Positions 6,765 through 16,187 of a stretch of DNA of 32,000 bases are shown in pieces. The DNA is from Dickeya dadantii NCPPB 898. Its GTDB lineage: Bacteria; Pseudomonadota; Gammaproteobacteria; Enterobacterales; Enterobacteriaceae. The DNA lies in the NCBI RefSeq assembly GCF_000406145.1, contig NZ_CM001976.1, positions 3,967,472 through 3,999,471 on the forward strand, written 5' to 3'. Positions within the stretch are counted from its first letter, which is position 1. Every line of letters begins with the position of its first letter. The translations under genes were made by a program, and so were the position numbers. The notes under the pieces were generated by a model. The model saw only the letters and a list, made by a program, of their open reading frames with translations, was not told where the DNA came from and made no database searches.

Positions 6765-7331
6765 ATGTTAAATTTCTGCGTATTCTGTGGTTCCGCTCTT
6801 GGCAATAACACTATTTATCAGCAGGAAACCGAAAAACTTATTCGCTATCTGGTCGAGAAAGAGGCGGGTATTGTTTACGGCGGCGGGAAAGTGGGCCTGA
6901 TGGGGCTGGTGGCGGATACCGCGTTGCAGCATGGCGGTTCCGTCACCGGCGTGATGCCCGTACAGCTGGTGGAAAAAGAGATTGCCCACCCGAAACTGAC
7001 GGAGCTGGTCGTCACCGCGGACATGCATGAACGAAAAGCGAAAATGGCCGAGCTGTCGGATGTCTTCATCGCGCTGCCCGGCGGCGCCGGTACGCTCGAA
7101 GAGATCATCGAACAGTGGACCTGGGCGCAGTTGGGTATTCATCACAAGCCCTGCATTCTGTTCAACGTGAACGGCTACTACGACGAATACATCACCTTCG
7201 TGAACAAGGTAGTCAACGAAGGCTTCATGAAAAAAGAGTACCTCGACATGCTGATCGTGTCGGATAGCCCCGAAACGGTGCTGGACAAGGCATTGTCCTA
7301 CCAGCCGCCCAAAGCCAAGTGGGATAAATAA
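6765..7331 (+). CDS. LOG-family protein (nucleoside 5'-monophosphate phosphoribohydrolase; annotated historically as lysine decarboxylase-like)
   Basis: I place the start at ATG 6765 with AAAGGAA at 6754-6760. The upstream 72 codons of ORF 6549-7331 are AT-rich and non-coding-like. Signature motifs: VYGGGKVGLMG and ALPGGAGTLEEI. Confidence 0.85.
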   Translation: MLNFCVFCGSALGNNTIYQQETEKLIRYLVEKEAGIVYGGGKVGLMGLVADTALQHGGSVTGVMPVQLVEKEIAHPKLTELVVTADMHERKAKMAELSDVFIALPGGAGTLEEIIEQWTWAQLGIHHKPCILFNVNGYYDEYITFVNKVVNEGFMKKEYLDMLIVSDSPETVLDKALSYQPPKAKWDK

Positions 7332-7377
7332 CCGGCGTCATACGCTGAGGCGGTTGCCGCCCCAGCGCCATGCTTCA

Positions 7378-7875
7378 TCAACCGAAACGCGCCAGTTCCC
7401 GGTCGAAATCCAGCGGTTGAATGCCCTGACGGTCGCGGTCCGCGTCCGTCAGTTGGTCGGCGGGAATAAACCAGGTTACCTCAAACAGCAGGCCGTCCGG
7501 GTCGTGGCCGTACACGCTCTTGTGTACGCCGTGGTCTTCCTCCAGCCCCAGCCGCCCGTCTTGCGCCAGCCGATCACGAATCCGTTTTAGTTCCTGCAAC
7601 GTATCCACCTCCCACGCCAGATGGTACAGCCCCGCCGGCGGTTCATGTTCGCCGGGCTGTTCGCCACGGGCGCGAAACACGCCGGCCCGCTGCTGACCGA
7701 GATTCTTGGCGAACAGCGCCAGATCGTGATCGTTATCCGATTCCGCCGCCTGGGTAAACACGGCCTGACTGCCGCCCGGTTTGGGGCGAAACCCTAAAGT
7801 ATCACGGTAGAATGTGGTGCTTTTCTCCACGTCGGACACATACAGCACCGCGTGATTCAGTCGGGTAATCCCCAT
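7378..7875 (-). CDS. VOC-superfamily protein (glyoxalase / bleomycin-resistance / extradiol dioxygenase fold)
   Basis: ITRLNHAVLYVSDVEKSTTFYRDTLGF is a typical VOC N-terminal beta-alpha-beta-beta-beta start. A second module follows: LYHLAWEV ... YGHDPDGLLFEV. I chose the start at ATG 7875 (AGGAG at 7882-7886); ATG 7881 is an alternative. The track's longer ORF to 7974 is probably over-extended. Confidence 0.7.
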   Translation of the reverse strand: MGITRLNHAVLYVSDVEKSTTFYRDTLGFRPKPGGSQAVFTQAAESDNDHDLALFAKNLGQQRAGVFRARGEQPGEHEPPAGLYHLAWEVDTLQELKRIRDRLAQDGRLGLEEDHGVHKSVYGHDPDGLLFEVTWFIPADQLTDADRDRQGIQPLDFDRELARFG

Positions 7876-8016
7876 AGTCATCTCCTGGTGGCCTAATGGC
7901 GTAAGCTGCCATCCTGACACACAACGACCGCCGGACATATGCCGATTTCCGGCAACCAAAGTCGCCGCACGCATGAACCGGTGGCCATCGAAACAGGAAA
8001 GAGAACGAAGGGAAAA

Positions 8017-8077
8017 AGCGCGTGAAAGAAAACGTGAAAGAAAAATAGCGTGAAGGAAAAAATAGCGTGAAGGGAAA
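8017..8077. repeat. Four direct copies of a purine-rich (A)GCGTGAARGAAAA motif
   Basis: agcgcgtgaaagaaaa / cgtgaaagaaaaat / agcgtgaaggaaaaaat / agcgtgaagggaaa. They lie between the deoR-family stop and the VOC gene; on the minus strand they read CCTTCACGCTATTTTT-type repeats upstream of the VOC gene. Confidence 0.7.
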
Positions 8078-8093
8078 GCCGCCGATCAGCGGC
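8078..8093 (-). terminator. Short hairpin overlapping the DeoR-family stop codon (possible weak terminator)
   Basis: GCCGC (8078-8082) / GCGGC (8089-8093) with a 6-nt loop containing the TGA stop. On the minus strand it is followed by TTTCCCTTCACGCTATTTTTT. The stem is only 5 bp. Confidence 0.3.
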
Positions 8094-8856
8094 CTGCACT
8101 CACCAGTTGCAGATTGAACGGCTGCGCCCGCAGTTGACGCTCCACCTCCGGCGGCAAACTGCTGTCGGTGATGATATCGGTCAGTTCAGACAACGGCGAC
8201 ACGCAGAACAGCGAGTAAGCGCCGTATTTGCTGCTGTCTGCCAGCAGCACCCGGCGGCTGGCGTTCATGCCCAGATCCTGCTTGATGCCGGCTTTTTCCT
8301 CGGTGGGCGTAGTAATGCCTTTCTCCAGGCTCCAGGAGTTACAGCTGATGAAGGCGATGTCCGGGTAGACGCTGCGCAGCAGACGACGACCGTGTTCGCC
8401 GATGCAGGACTGGCTGCTGTCGTCGATGCGCCCGCCGATGATCGTCACCTCGATCTGCTTGAACTCGGAGAGAAACAGCGCGATCTGCAAGTCGGCGGTG
8501 ATCACCCGCAGCGGCAGGTGGGTCAGGTTGCGCGCCAGTTCCATCATGGTGGTGCCGGCGTCGAGCACCACCGCGTTGCCGGGCTGCACCAGCGACGCCG
8601 CATACCGCGCAATAGCCTGTTTTTCCGACAGATTACGCTGCAGCTTTTCATTGGTCGTCGGCTGGGAAGGGATAAAGCGGTTGAGCGTCACCCCGCCGTG
8701 ACTACGGCTGATGACGCCCTGCTCGTCCAGTTTGATCAAATCGCGGCGAATCGTCGCCGGGGACGCATCAATGACCGTCACAAGTTCATCCACCGTCACC
8801 AGATTATGGCTTTTCAGATAATCCAGAATCTGATCGAGACGGCTTTGTCCTTTCAC
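8086..8856 (-). CDS. DeoR-family transcriptional regulator
   Basis: N-terminal [52 protein letters not shown]. The C-terminal sugar-phosphate-binding DeoR-C domain includes VVLDAGTT. The track start is TTG 8889. I prefer GTG 8856, which has GGAG 6-7 nt upstream and gives a normal-length N-terminus. Confidence 0.85.
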   Translation of the reverse strand: MKGQSRLDQILDYLKSHNLVTVDELVTVIDASPATIRRDLIKLDEQGVISRSHGGVTLNRFIPSQPTTNEKLQRNLSEKQAIARYAASLVQPGNAVVLDAGTTMMELARNLTHLPLRVITADLQIALFLSEFKQIEVTIIGGRIDDSSQSCIGEHGRRLLRSVYPDIAFISCNSWSLEKGITTPTEEKAGIKQDLGMNASRRVLLADSSKYGAYSLFCVSPLSELTDIITDSSLPPEVERQLRAQPFNLQLVSAGR

Positions 8857-8937
8857 TCGTTCTCCATTTACACGCAACGTATCAGTCAATGTGTGTGCCC
8901 CACGACGTATTCAACGGTTCTATACTCGGCGATTCTA

Positions 8938-9918
8938 TCAGGCCAGTTGCATCGCTAATTTGATAGAGATCGCCATGCTCTCAGACTTCGCTTTACCTGT
9001 CCAGGCGATATCAAACGCGGTGCCGTGGTCCGCGGAGGTGCGGATAAACGGCAGCCCGGCGGTGATATTCACGCCGTCATAAAAGCCCAGCAGCTTGAGC
9101 GGGATGTGCCCCTGATCGTGGTACATCGCCACCACCATGTCGTATTGCCCCTCGTACGCCTGCAGGTAGACGGTATCCGGCGGGCACGGGCCGTAGGCGT
9201 CGATGCCTTTGGCTTTCATCGCCTCGATGGACGGGCCGACGATGGTGATCTCTTCGTCGCCGAACAGGCCGTTCTCGCCCGCGTGCGGGTTCACCCCGGC
9301 CACGGCGATGCGCGGCGCCTGATAACCCACGCGTTTCAGGAAGGTATCCGCCATCGCAATCACGGTTTCCACTCGCTCACGGTTAAGCGTATCCAGGAAC
9401 TTGCGCAGCGCAATATGGGTGGTGACGTGGATCACCTTCAGTTTGTCGGTATACAGCACCATCGCATAGTCGCGGCTGTTGGTCAGCTTCGCCAGCAGTT
9501 CGGTGTGCCCCGGGTAGAGATGTCCGGCGGAGTGCAGCGCTTCCTTATTGAGCGGCGCGGTGGCGATTGCATGTACCTCGCCCGCCATCGCCAGTTCGGT
9601 GGCGCGCTTCACGCAGCGATACGCCAGATCGCCGGCCTGCGCCTGCACTACCCCTTTTTTCAGGCCCTGCGGATCGGCCAGCGGTTCGTCGATCACGTTG
9701 ATAACGCCGGGAGCGAAACGCGCGTCGGCAGGACGCGCAATCTCATTGAGTTCTACCTGCGGTACAACGCCTAACGCCAGAATGCGGCGCAGCGTCTGCA
9801 CGCAGCCCACCACCACCGCCGGCGCGCCGGACAGTTCACCTTCGGCCAACGATTTGATGATGATTTCCGGGCCGATACCCGCCGGGTCGCCCATGGTTAC
9901 CGCAATAATTTTACTCAC
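8938..9918 (-). CDS. pdxA2: PdxA-family NAD-dependent 4-phospho-hydroxyacid dehydrogenase (decarboxylating), PdxA2-type by context
   Basis: [48 protein letters not shown] and [18 protein letters not shown] are collinear with E. coli PdxA as I recall it. GTG start at 9918 with GAGGAG at 9926-9931. It overlaps the kinase stop by 8 nt. Pairing with a DUF1537 kinase is the PdxA2 context. Confidence 0.8.
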   Translation of the reverse strand: MSKIIAVTMGDPAGIGPEIIIKSLAEGELSGAPAVVVGCVQTLRRILALGVVPQVELNEIARPADARFAPGVINVIDEPLADPQGLKKGVVQAQAGDLAYRCVKRATELAMAGEVHAIATAPLNKEALHSAGHLYPGHTELLAKLTNSRDYAMVLYTDKLKVIHVTTHIALRKFLDTLNRERVETVIAMADTFLKRVGYQAPRIAVAGVNPHAGENGLFGDEEITIVGPSIEAMKAKGIDAYGPCPPDTVYLQAYEGQYDMVVAMYHDQGHIPLKLLGFYDGVNITAGLPFIRTSADHGTAFDIAWTGKAKSESMAISIKLAMQLA

Positions 9919-11197
9919 ACACGCTCTCCTCAATAAAACGCAATACATTCAGCAGGGTAGCTTCATCGCCAAACCCGCCCGCTTTCGTCATCACGGGAAT
10001 ATCGCCTACCAGACTGTCCAGCAGACGTCCCCAGGGTACGCAGGAAGCAATCTGCCCATTGATGCGGAACCCACTGGCCTGCAATGCGGTTGCCGCGGCA
10101 ATGGCGATATCCCCGCCGGATAAATAGAGCCCGCCCGGCCGCTGACGCTGCACAATGTGCCGCGTTAGCTCGCCCAGCCGGCGACTGATCGTGTCTCCCA
10201 GTTGCTGACGACTCATGCCGTAGCGCTGGCACAGACGGTCCACCTCAAATCGCTGGTTATCGTCGTGGCAGGTACGAATCACGCAGTGACGGCCCGCCGC
10301 CAGCGTATCCGCCGCCTGCCGACACGTTTGCGCCAGCGTATCGTCGCCGGTCGCCAGCAGCCCGGCGATATCCAGGTCAATCAGCGTGACGTCCGGACGC
10401 TGGCTGACCGCCTTGATCTGCAATTGAGCGATTTCACTCATCGAACCAATCACCGCCAGCAACGCGCGGCAGTGCGTCGGATACGCCAGATGCTGCGCCA
10501 GCGCCTCGCTCAGCCCGGCGGAACCGACCAGCAACGGTTTTTCCGCCAGTTGAGCCGCCGCCGCAATAATCCGGTCGAGGTCCTGCTGATGTTCAGCGTC
10601 CAGCACCACCAGCCGTATCCCGCTGTGCTGCAACTGTTGCAGCCGCGCCGCCAGATCGCCGTCGCGAACCTCGTTCAGGGACAGCACCGCCTGCGCCAGG
10701 CCGGTCTGTTCCGCCAGCCGCTCGCCGATTGACGCCGAAAGCACCGGCGTTTTCGGGTCGCTGGCGAACTCGGTGTCGGTCAGCAATTTACCGTGCACCC
10801 AGACCTGCCCGTCGCGGGTGATGCGGCCTAACGCCGGCGCCGCGGGCGCTATCAGCGCCAGCGACAAGTCGGCGGCGTTTAGCGCGGCTTCGATTTCCGC
10901 GCCCGGATTGCCGCGCAGCGTAGAGTCCACCTTTTTGACAATCCAGCCGTGCGCGCCGCTCTTGCGCCACATTCCCACCGCCTGCGCGGTACGTTCCGCC
11001 GCCAGCGAGGCCGCGACCGCGCGGCTGTCGGTGTTGACCACCAGCGCGTCGTCCGGCTGCCCGGCACGGATCGCCGCGGCGTCAAACATCACATTCACCC
11101 GCGCACCCTGCAGCGCCAGTCCGACGCCCGCATCGTTGGCACCGGTGAAGTCATCCGCCACCACCAATATCCGGGTAAGTTCACGCCCGTCCGGCAT
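9911..11197 (-). CDS. DUF1537-family four-carbon acid-sugar kinase (threonate / erythronate / 3-oxo-tetronate kinase family)
   Basis: N-terminal hallmark [15 protein letters not shown]. 428 aa, two-domain size typical of the family. GGAGAG RBS 5 nt upstream of ATG 11197. Translationally coupled to the pdxA-family gene. Confidence 0.8.
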   Translation of the reverse strand: MPDGRELTRILVVADDFTGANDAGVGLALQGARVNVMFDAAAIRAGQPDDALVVNTDSRAVAASLAAERTAQAVGMWRKSGAHGWIVKKVDSTLRGNPGAEIEAALNAADLSLALIAPAAPALGRITRDGQVWVHGKLLTDTEFASDPKTPVLSASIGERLAEQTGLAQAVLSLNEVRDGDLAARLQQLQHSGIRLVVLDAEHQQDLDRIIAAAAQLAEKPLLVGSAGLSEALAQHLAYPTHCRALLAVIGSMSEIAQLQIKAVSQRPDVTLIDLDIAGLLATGDDTLAQTCRQAADTLAAGRHCVIRTCHDDNQRFEVDRLCQRYGMSRQQLGDTISRRLGELTRHIVQRQRPGGLYLSGGDIAIAAATALQASGFRINGQIASCVPWGRLLDSLVGDIPVMTKAGGFGDEATLLNVLRFIEESVCE

Positions 11198-11208
11198 AGC
11201 CGCTCTCC

Positions 11209-11269
11209 GTCAGTTCGATGTCAGTTCGATTACCTGAAATTGATTATATTGAATCACGTTTGATTATAT
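11209..11269. promoter_or_regulatory. Divergent control region with two sets of direct repeats (candidate DeoR-family operators)
   Basis: Tandem 11-mer gtcagttcgat at 11209-11219 and 11220-11230. 10-mer ttgattatat at 11240-11249 and 11260-11269 (20-bp phasing). Located in the 225-bp AT-rich gap between the divergent kinase (-) and Fe-ADH (+) genes. Confidence 0.45.
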
Positions 11270-11422
11270 GTGAGCAACGTCAAATTATTCAAAACCAATT
11301 TAACCTATAAATTATCCACACAATGCGAGCAAAACGATTTTTTTCTGTCACATAAAAGAAATGTGATTGAAAAAAATCAGACTTATCCAGCTGAAGTCAC
11401 AGCGAAAAGACAAGGTACCAGT

Positions 11423-12559
11423 ATGAATATCAACAGCACCCTCATCAGCGGTTATCAGGCACTCCAGGATTTGGGCTACCTCCTGCGCGGCAGGCAGCAC
11501 GTACTGCTGGTGACGGACAAGAATATCGTGGGGCTGGCCGGGGTACAGGCCCTGATCGCGCAACTGAAAGCGGGCGTACCGCAACTTTCCCTGATTGATA
11601 ATGTGCCGGCCGAACCCAGCCAGCATGATGTGGCGGCCGTACTGCAACAGCTGCCGGCCACGCAGCCGGACCTGGTGGTCGGCGTGGGCGGCGGCAGCGT
11701 GCTGGACGTGGCGAAACTGCTGTCGCTGCTGTGCGCCGGTGAAGAGGGCATCACGCTCGACAGCCTGCTGGAAGGCCGCAAGCCGACGCGCCGCACCACC
11801 TCCCTGTTGATCCCGACCACCGCCGGCACCGGCTCTGAAGCCACGCCGAACGCCATTCTGGCGATCCCGGAGAAAGAAACCAAAGTCGGCATCATCACCC
11901 CGGTGATGCTGCCGGATTACGTGGCGCTGGTGCCGGAACTGACCACCAGCATGCCGGCGCATATCGCCGCGTCGACCGGCATTGATGCGCTGTGCCACCT
12001 GATCGAATGCTTCACCGCCACCATCGCCAACCCGGTAGCCGACAACTACGCGCTGATCGGTATGAAGAAACTGTTCGCCAACATCGAAACCGCGGTGAAC
12101 GAGCCGGACAATCTGGAAGCTCGCCTGAATATGCTGTGGGCCTCCTACTATGGCGGCGCTTCCATCGCGCACTCCGGCACCCATCTGGTGCACGCCATGT
12201 CTTACCCGCTAGGCGGCAAGTACCACATCCCGCACGGGGTGGCGAACGCCATTCTGCTGGCGCCCTGCATGCGCTTCGTTCAGCACGCGGCGGCGGAAAA
12301 ATTCGCACAGGCCTACGACCTGCTGCCGGATGCCGACCTGTCGCTGAGCACCGAACAAAAAGCCCAGGCGCTGGTGGATTACTTCACTGTACTGGTGAAA
12401 CGGCTGAATCTGCCGTCTTCGCTGCAACAACTGGGGATCAGCCCGGACCACCTGCCGTATCTGGTGGAATCCGCACTGCAAGTGCAGCGGCTGATGAAAA
12501 ATGTCCCGACCGCCGTTACGGCGGAAGACGTTCACGCCATTTATTCAACGTTGTTTTAA
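11423..12559 (+). CDS. Iron-containing (group III) alcohol dehydrogenase family oxidoreductase
   Basis: GVGGGSVLDVAK dinucleotide motif and the His-rich metal site HLVHAMSYPLGGKYHIPHGVANA. I place the start at ATG 11423; the track's GTG 11270 extension is AT-rich promoter sequence. Confidence 0.8.
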   Translation: MNINSTLISGYQALQDLGYLLRGRQHVLLVTDKNIVGLAGVQALIAQLKAGVPQLSLIDNVPAEPSQHDVAAVLQQLPATQPDLVVGVGGGSVLDVAKLLSLLCAGEEGITLDSLLEGRKPTRRTTSLLIPTTAGTGSEATPNAILAIPEKETKVGIITPVMLPDYVALVPELTTSMPAHIAASTGIDALCHLIECFTATIANPVADNYALIGMKKLFANIETAVNEPDNLEARLNMLWASYYGGASIAHSGTHLVHAMSYPLGGKYHIPHGVANAILLAPCMRFVQHAAAEKFAQAYDLLPDADLSLSTEQKAQALVDYFTVLVKRLNLPSSLQQLGISPDHLPYLVESALQVQRLMKNVPTAVTAEDVHAIYSTLF

Positions 12560-12627
12560 GCGCCCGTTTTAGTCGCGCATTTTAGCAACGTCGCTCTGGA
12601 TGATGAAAATACCGAGGAACAATAACG

Positions 12628-13512
12628 ATGACTAGACCGATTACGGGCGTACTGACGGCGATCGTCACGCCTTTTGACCATCAGGGGGAATTCAGCCCCG
12701 CCGCCATGCGCCAGCAGGTTCAACGCCAGATGCGCTACGGCAACGGCATTTTCTGTAACGGCACCAACGGCGAGTTCTTTGTACTGCACACCGATGAAAA
12801 GGTGGCCGTCACCGAAACCTGCGTTGATGAAGTCGCCGGCAAGGTGCCGGTAGTGGCGCACATCGGGGAAATCTCCACCCGCGAAACCATCAAGCTCGGC
12901 AAACGCATCGCCGCGCTGGGGGTGGATGCGGTGTCGGTGATCACCCCTTACTTCGTGCCGCTCAAACAAAGCGAACTGATCGCCCACTACCGTGAAGTGG
13001 CGGACGCGCTGCCGGTACCGATATTTCTGTACAACATTCCGGCCCGCACCGGCAACACCCTGCAACCGGAAACGGTGCGGGTGCTGGCGGAGCATCCCAA
13101 CATCATCGGTATCAAGGACAGCGCCGGCAGCTACGAAAGCCTGAGCGGCTTCCTGCAGGCAGTGAAAGATATGCCGAACTGCGACGTGCTCAACGGGCCG
13201 GACTCGCTGATTCATCAGGGCTTTGTCGACGGCTGTTCCGCCTGTATTTCCGGCCTCGCCAACGTGGCGCCGGAAGCCATCAGCCAGATCTGGCACCGCT
13301 TCCACGCTGGCGACATCGAAGGTTCCCGCCAGGCGCAGGAGCAGGTGAGCGAACTGCGTAAGACGCTGTACGCCGTGGCGTTCTCGCCGGCCGTAGTAAA
13401 AAAAGCGCTGACGTTGATGGGGCAGGATGTGGGCGTCAGCCGCTACCCGATTCAGTTCTCACCACAAGACGAAGACACGATTCGCGCCATTATCAAACCG
13501 TTCTCGCACTGA
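12628..13512 (+). CDS. DapA/NanA-family class I (Schiff-base) pyruvate aldolase/lyase
   Basis: GTNGEF (GxxGE motif), LYNIP (active-site Tyr) and IIGIKDSAGS (Schiff-base Lys). 294 aa. Confidence 0.85.
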   Translation: MTRPITGVLTAIVTPFDHQGEFSPAAMRQQVQRQMRYGNGIFCNGTNGEFFVLHTDEKVAVTETCVDEVAGKVPVVAHIGEISTRETIKLGKRIAALGVDAVSVITPYFVPLKQSELIAHYREVADALPVPIFLYNIPARTGNTLQPETVRVLAEHPNIIGIKDSAGSYESLSGFLQAVKDMPNCDVLNGPDSLIHQGFVDGCSACISGLANVAPEAISQIWHRFHAGDIEGSRQAQEQVSELRKTLYAVAFSPAVVKKALTLMGQDVGVSRYPIQFSPQDEDTIRAIIKPFSH

Positions 13513-13549
13513 ATGAGAACTTACCCTTACTCCTACAGGATCGAAAACC

Positions 13550-14971
13550 ATGAACCATTTTGATCTGACAGACACACTTATCATCGTCGGGATAATTGTC
13601 GTCTACATCGCCCTTACATCCTTGCTGACCCTGCGGTTGCGCAGTAACTCCAACTCGGAGTTTATGGAAGGCTCACGCGCGCTGCCGGCGTTTATCGTCG
13701 GCGTGCTGCTGATGACCGAATTTATCGGCGCCAAATCCACGGTCGGTACTTCACAGGCAGCCTTTGAAAGCGGCATCGCCGCTTCCTGGTCGGTGATCGG
13801 CGCCGCCATCGGCTTCCTGCTGTTCGGGATGATTCTGGTGAAAAAGATCTACAACACCGGGAAAATCACTATTTCTGGCGCTATCGCCGAACGTTACGGC
13901 AATACCACCAAGAACATCATCTCCATCATCATGATCTACGCGCTGTTGCTGGTAAACGTGGGTAACTACGTCAGCGGCGCCGCCGCCATCTCCACCGTAC
14001 TGAAAGTGAGCCTGCCGGTCGCGGCGCTGATTACCGCCATCGTCAGTACCTTCTACTTCTACTTCGGCGGCATCAAAGGCGTGGCGTACGTGACGCTGAT
14101 CCACAGCGGCATGAAATACATCGGGGTGATGGTCATTCTGTTCGTGGCGTTGAAAATGACTGGCGGCATCACGCCGATGGTCGAGAAGATGCCGGAATTC
14201 TACTGGACCTGGGACGGCAACATCGGCGCCAGCACCATCGGTGCGTGGCTTATCGGCACCATCGGCTCCATTTTCTGCACCCAGTTCGTGATTCAGGCTA
14301 TCGCTTCCACCAAGGATGAGAAATCCGCTAAACGCGCCACCTGGATTGCGTTCCTGTTCTGTATGCCGATCGCGCTGGCGATTGCGATTATCGGCGTTGC
14401 CGCCAAGTTCGTGCACCCGGAAATCAAAAGCCTGTACGCCCTGCCGATCTTCCTGCAGGACATGAACCCCTGGCTGGCTGGCGTGGTGACCACTTCGCTG
14501 GTAGCGTCCATCTTCATCAGCGTGAGTACCGTTGCGCTGGCGATCGCCTCGCTGATCGTAAAAGATTTCTACGTGCCTTACTGCAAACCGACGCCGGAAA
14601 AAGAGTTCAAGATGACCCGCGTGTTCTCGCTGATCATCGGTTTCCTGCCGCTGGTGTTCGTGCTGCTGGTGCCGGAAGTGCTGAAACTGTCGTTCTTCAC
14701 CCGCGCTATTCGCCTGTCGATTTCCGTGGTGGCGATGGTCGCCTTCTACCTGCCGTTCTTCAGTAGTTCCCGTGGCGTCAACACCGGTCTGATCCTGTCC
14801 TGCGTGGTCACGTCCATCTGGTACATAATGGGTAACCCGTTCGGCATCGACAATATGTACATTGCGCTGTTGACCCCGGCAGTGGTGATGGCTATCGACC
14901 GTCTGATCCCCAACAAGGCGGCCAAGACCAAACAGCAAACCGAACCCTCCGCACCTCATTCTGGAGCATAA
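13550..14971 (+). CDS. Sodium:solute symporter (SSS) family transporter
   Basis: 473 aa, highly hydrophobic with many predicted membrane spans. General SSS-family appearance, similar to sialate/pantothenate/proline-type symporters. Embedded in the catabolic operon. Confidence 0.8.
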   Translation: MNHFDLTDTLIIVGIIVVYIALTSLLTLRLRSNSNSEFMEGSRALPAFIVGVLLMTEFIGAKSTVGTSQAAFESGIAASWSVIGAAIGFLLFGMILVKKIYNTGKITISGAIAERYGNTTKNIISIIMIYALLLVNVGNYVSGAAAISTVLKVSLPVAALITAIVSTFYFYFGGIKGVAYVTLIHSGMKYIGVMVILFVALKMTGGITPMVEKMPEFYWTWDGNIGASTIGAWLIGTIGSIFCTQFVIQAIASTKDEKSAKRATWIAFLFCMPIALAIAIIGVAAKFVHPEIKSLYALPIFLQDMNPWLAGVVTTSLVASIFISVSTVALAIASLIVKDFYVPYCKPTPEKEFKMTRVFSLIIGFLPLVFVLLVPEVLKLSFFTRAIRLSISVVAMVAFYLPFFSSSRGVNTGLILSCVVTSIWYIMGNPFGIDNMYIALLTPAVVMAIDRLIPNKAAKTKQQTEPSAPHSGA

Positions 14972-14977
14972 ATAGTC

Positions 14978-16153
14978 ATGACGACCGAAACCATTACCAT
15001 CGAACGCAGCGGCCTGGTTCACCCGGCAGACAACGACAGTCAGCGCATCGACGCTTACATCCCGTCGGAGCGCCCGCAGAATCACGCCGCCAACCTGCTG
15101 CATCTGCCGAACGGCGATGTGCTGTGCGTCTGGTTCGGCGGCACCCAGGAAGGGGTGTCGGACATATCGATTTATCTGTCGCGGCTGGTGAAAGGGAGCG
15201 GGCAATGGACGCCCGCCGTCAAGCTCTCCGACGACCCGACCCGTTCCGAGCAGAACCCGGTGCTGTTCCTGGCGCCGGACGGCGTGCTGTGGTTGCTGTA
15301 CACCGCGCAGAAATCCGGCAATCAGGACACCGCCATCGTGCGTTACCGTCAGTCGCTGGATCAGGGCTATACCTGGGGCGACATCGGCACGCTGCTGGAG
15401 CAGCCCGGCACCTTCATCCGCCAGCCGATTACCGTGCTGCCCAACGGCGACTGGCTGCTGCCGGTGTTCTACTGCCGCACCCAGCCGGGTGAAAAATGGG
15501 TCGGCAACGACGACATCAGCGCGGTGAAAATCTCCAGCGATCAGGGTAAAACCTGGCGTGAATCGGTGGTGCCGAACAGCACCGGCTGCGTACACATGAA
15601 CATTACGCCGCTCAAAGAAGGTTCTCTGCTGGCGCTGTTCCGCAGCCGCTGGGCCGATTGTATCTACCGCAGTCACTCCACCGACGGCGGCGAAACCTGG
15701 TCCGAACCGGTGCCGACCGTGCTGCCCAACAACAACTCGTCTATTCAGGTGACCACGCTGGACAACGGCCATCTGGCGCTGGTGTTCAACGCCATGAGCG
15801 CCGAAGGGGCCACCGAGCGCCGTCTGTCGCTGTATGACGAAATCGAGGACGAAGAAGAAACCGACGCCAAAATGCCGGAAGTCTCGTCCGGACGCAGCGC
15901 CTTCTGGGGCGCGCCGCGTGCGCCGATGACGCTGGCGATTTCCGAAGACGGCGGGAAAACCTGGCCGTGGCAGCGCAATCTGGAAGTGGGCGACGGTTAC
16001 TGCATGACCAACAACTCGACCGAGAAACTTAACCGCGAGTTTTCCTACCCCAGCATCAAGCAGGGGCCGGACGGCAAGCTGCACATCGCCTTTACCTACT
16101 TCCGGCAGGCCATCAAGTACGTCTGCGTCAGCGAAGAGTGGGTCAAGGGTTAA
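14978..16153 (+). CDS. Sialidase-fold (BNR/Asp-box beta-propeller, GH33-like) protein, apparently cytoplasmic
   Basis: Four Asp-box motifs SxDxGxTW read directly: SLDQGYTW, SSDQGKTW, STDGGETW, SEDGGKTW. The N-terminus MTTETITIERSGLVHPADND has no signal peptide. It starts 6 nt after the transporter stop. Confidence 0.75.
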   Translation: MTTETITIERSGLVHPADNDSQRIDAYIPSERPQNHAANLLHLPNGDVLCVWFGGTQEGVSDISIYLSRLVKGSGQWTPAVKLSDDPTRSEQNPVLFLAPDGVLWLLYTAQKSGNQDTAIVRYRQSLDQGYTWGDIGTLLEQPGTFIRQPITVLPNGDWLLPVFYCRTQPGEKWVGNDDISAVKISSDQGKTWRESVVPNSTGCVHMNITPLKEGSLLALFRSRWADCIYRSHSTDGGETWSEPVPTVLPNNNSSIQVTTLDNGHLALVFNAMSAEGATERRLSLYDEIEDEEETDAKMPEVSSGRSAFWGAPRAPMTLAISEDGGKTWPWQRNLEVGDGYCMTNNSTEKLNREFSYPSIKQGPDGKLHIAFTYFRQAIKYVCVSEEWVKG

Positions 16154-16164
16154 GACCTCGCTCG

Positions 16165-16187
16165 CCCTCCCCCGCTCAGGGGGAGGG
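16165..16187 (+). repeat. Perfect 9-bp GC inverted repeat (stem-loop) within the operon
   Basis: CCCTCCCCC (16165-16173) gctca GGGGGAGGG (16179-16187), 12 nt after the BNR gene stop. A second hairpin GGAGGC-N7-GCCTCC (16256-16274) lies just upstream of the next RBS. No T-run follows either. Confidence 0.7.

Noticed and set aside
8107-8958. 283-aa + strand ORF opposite the DeoR-family gene
   Set aside because: It is antisense to a gene with a clear DeoR HTH and C-domain, and its translation is R/Q/A-rich junk.
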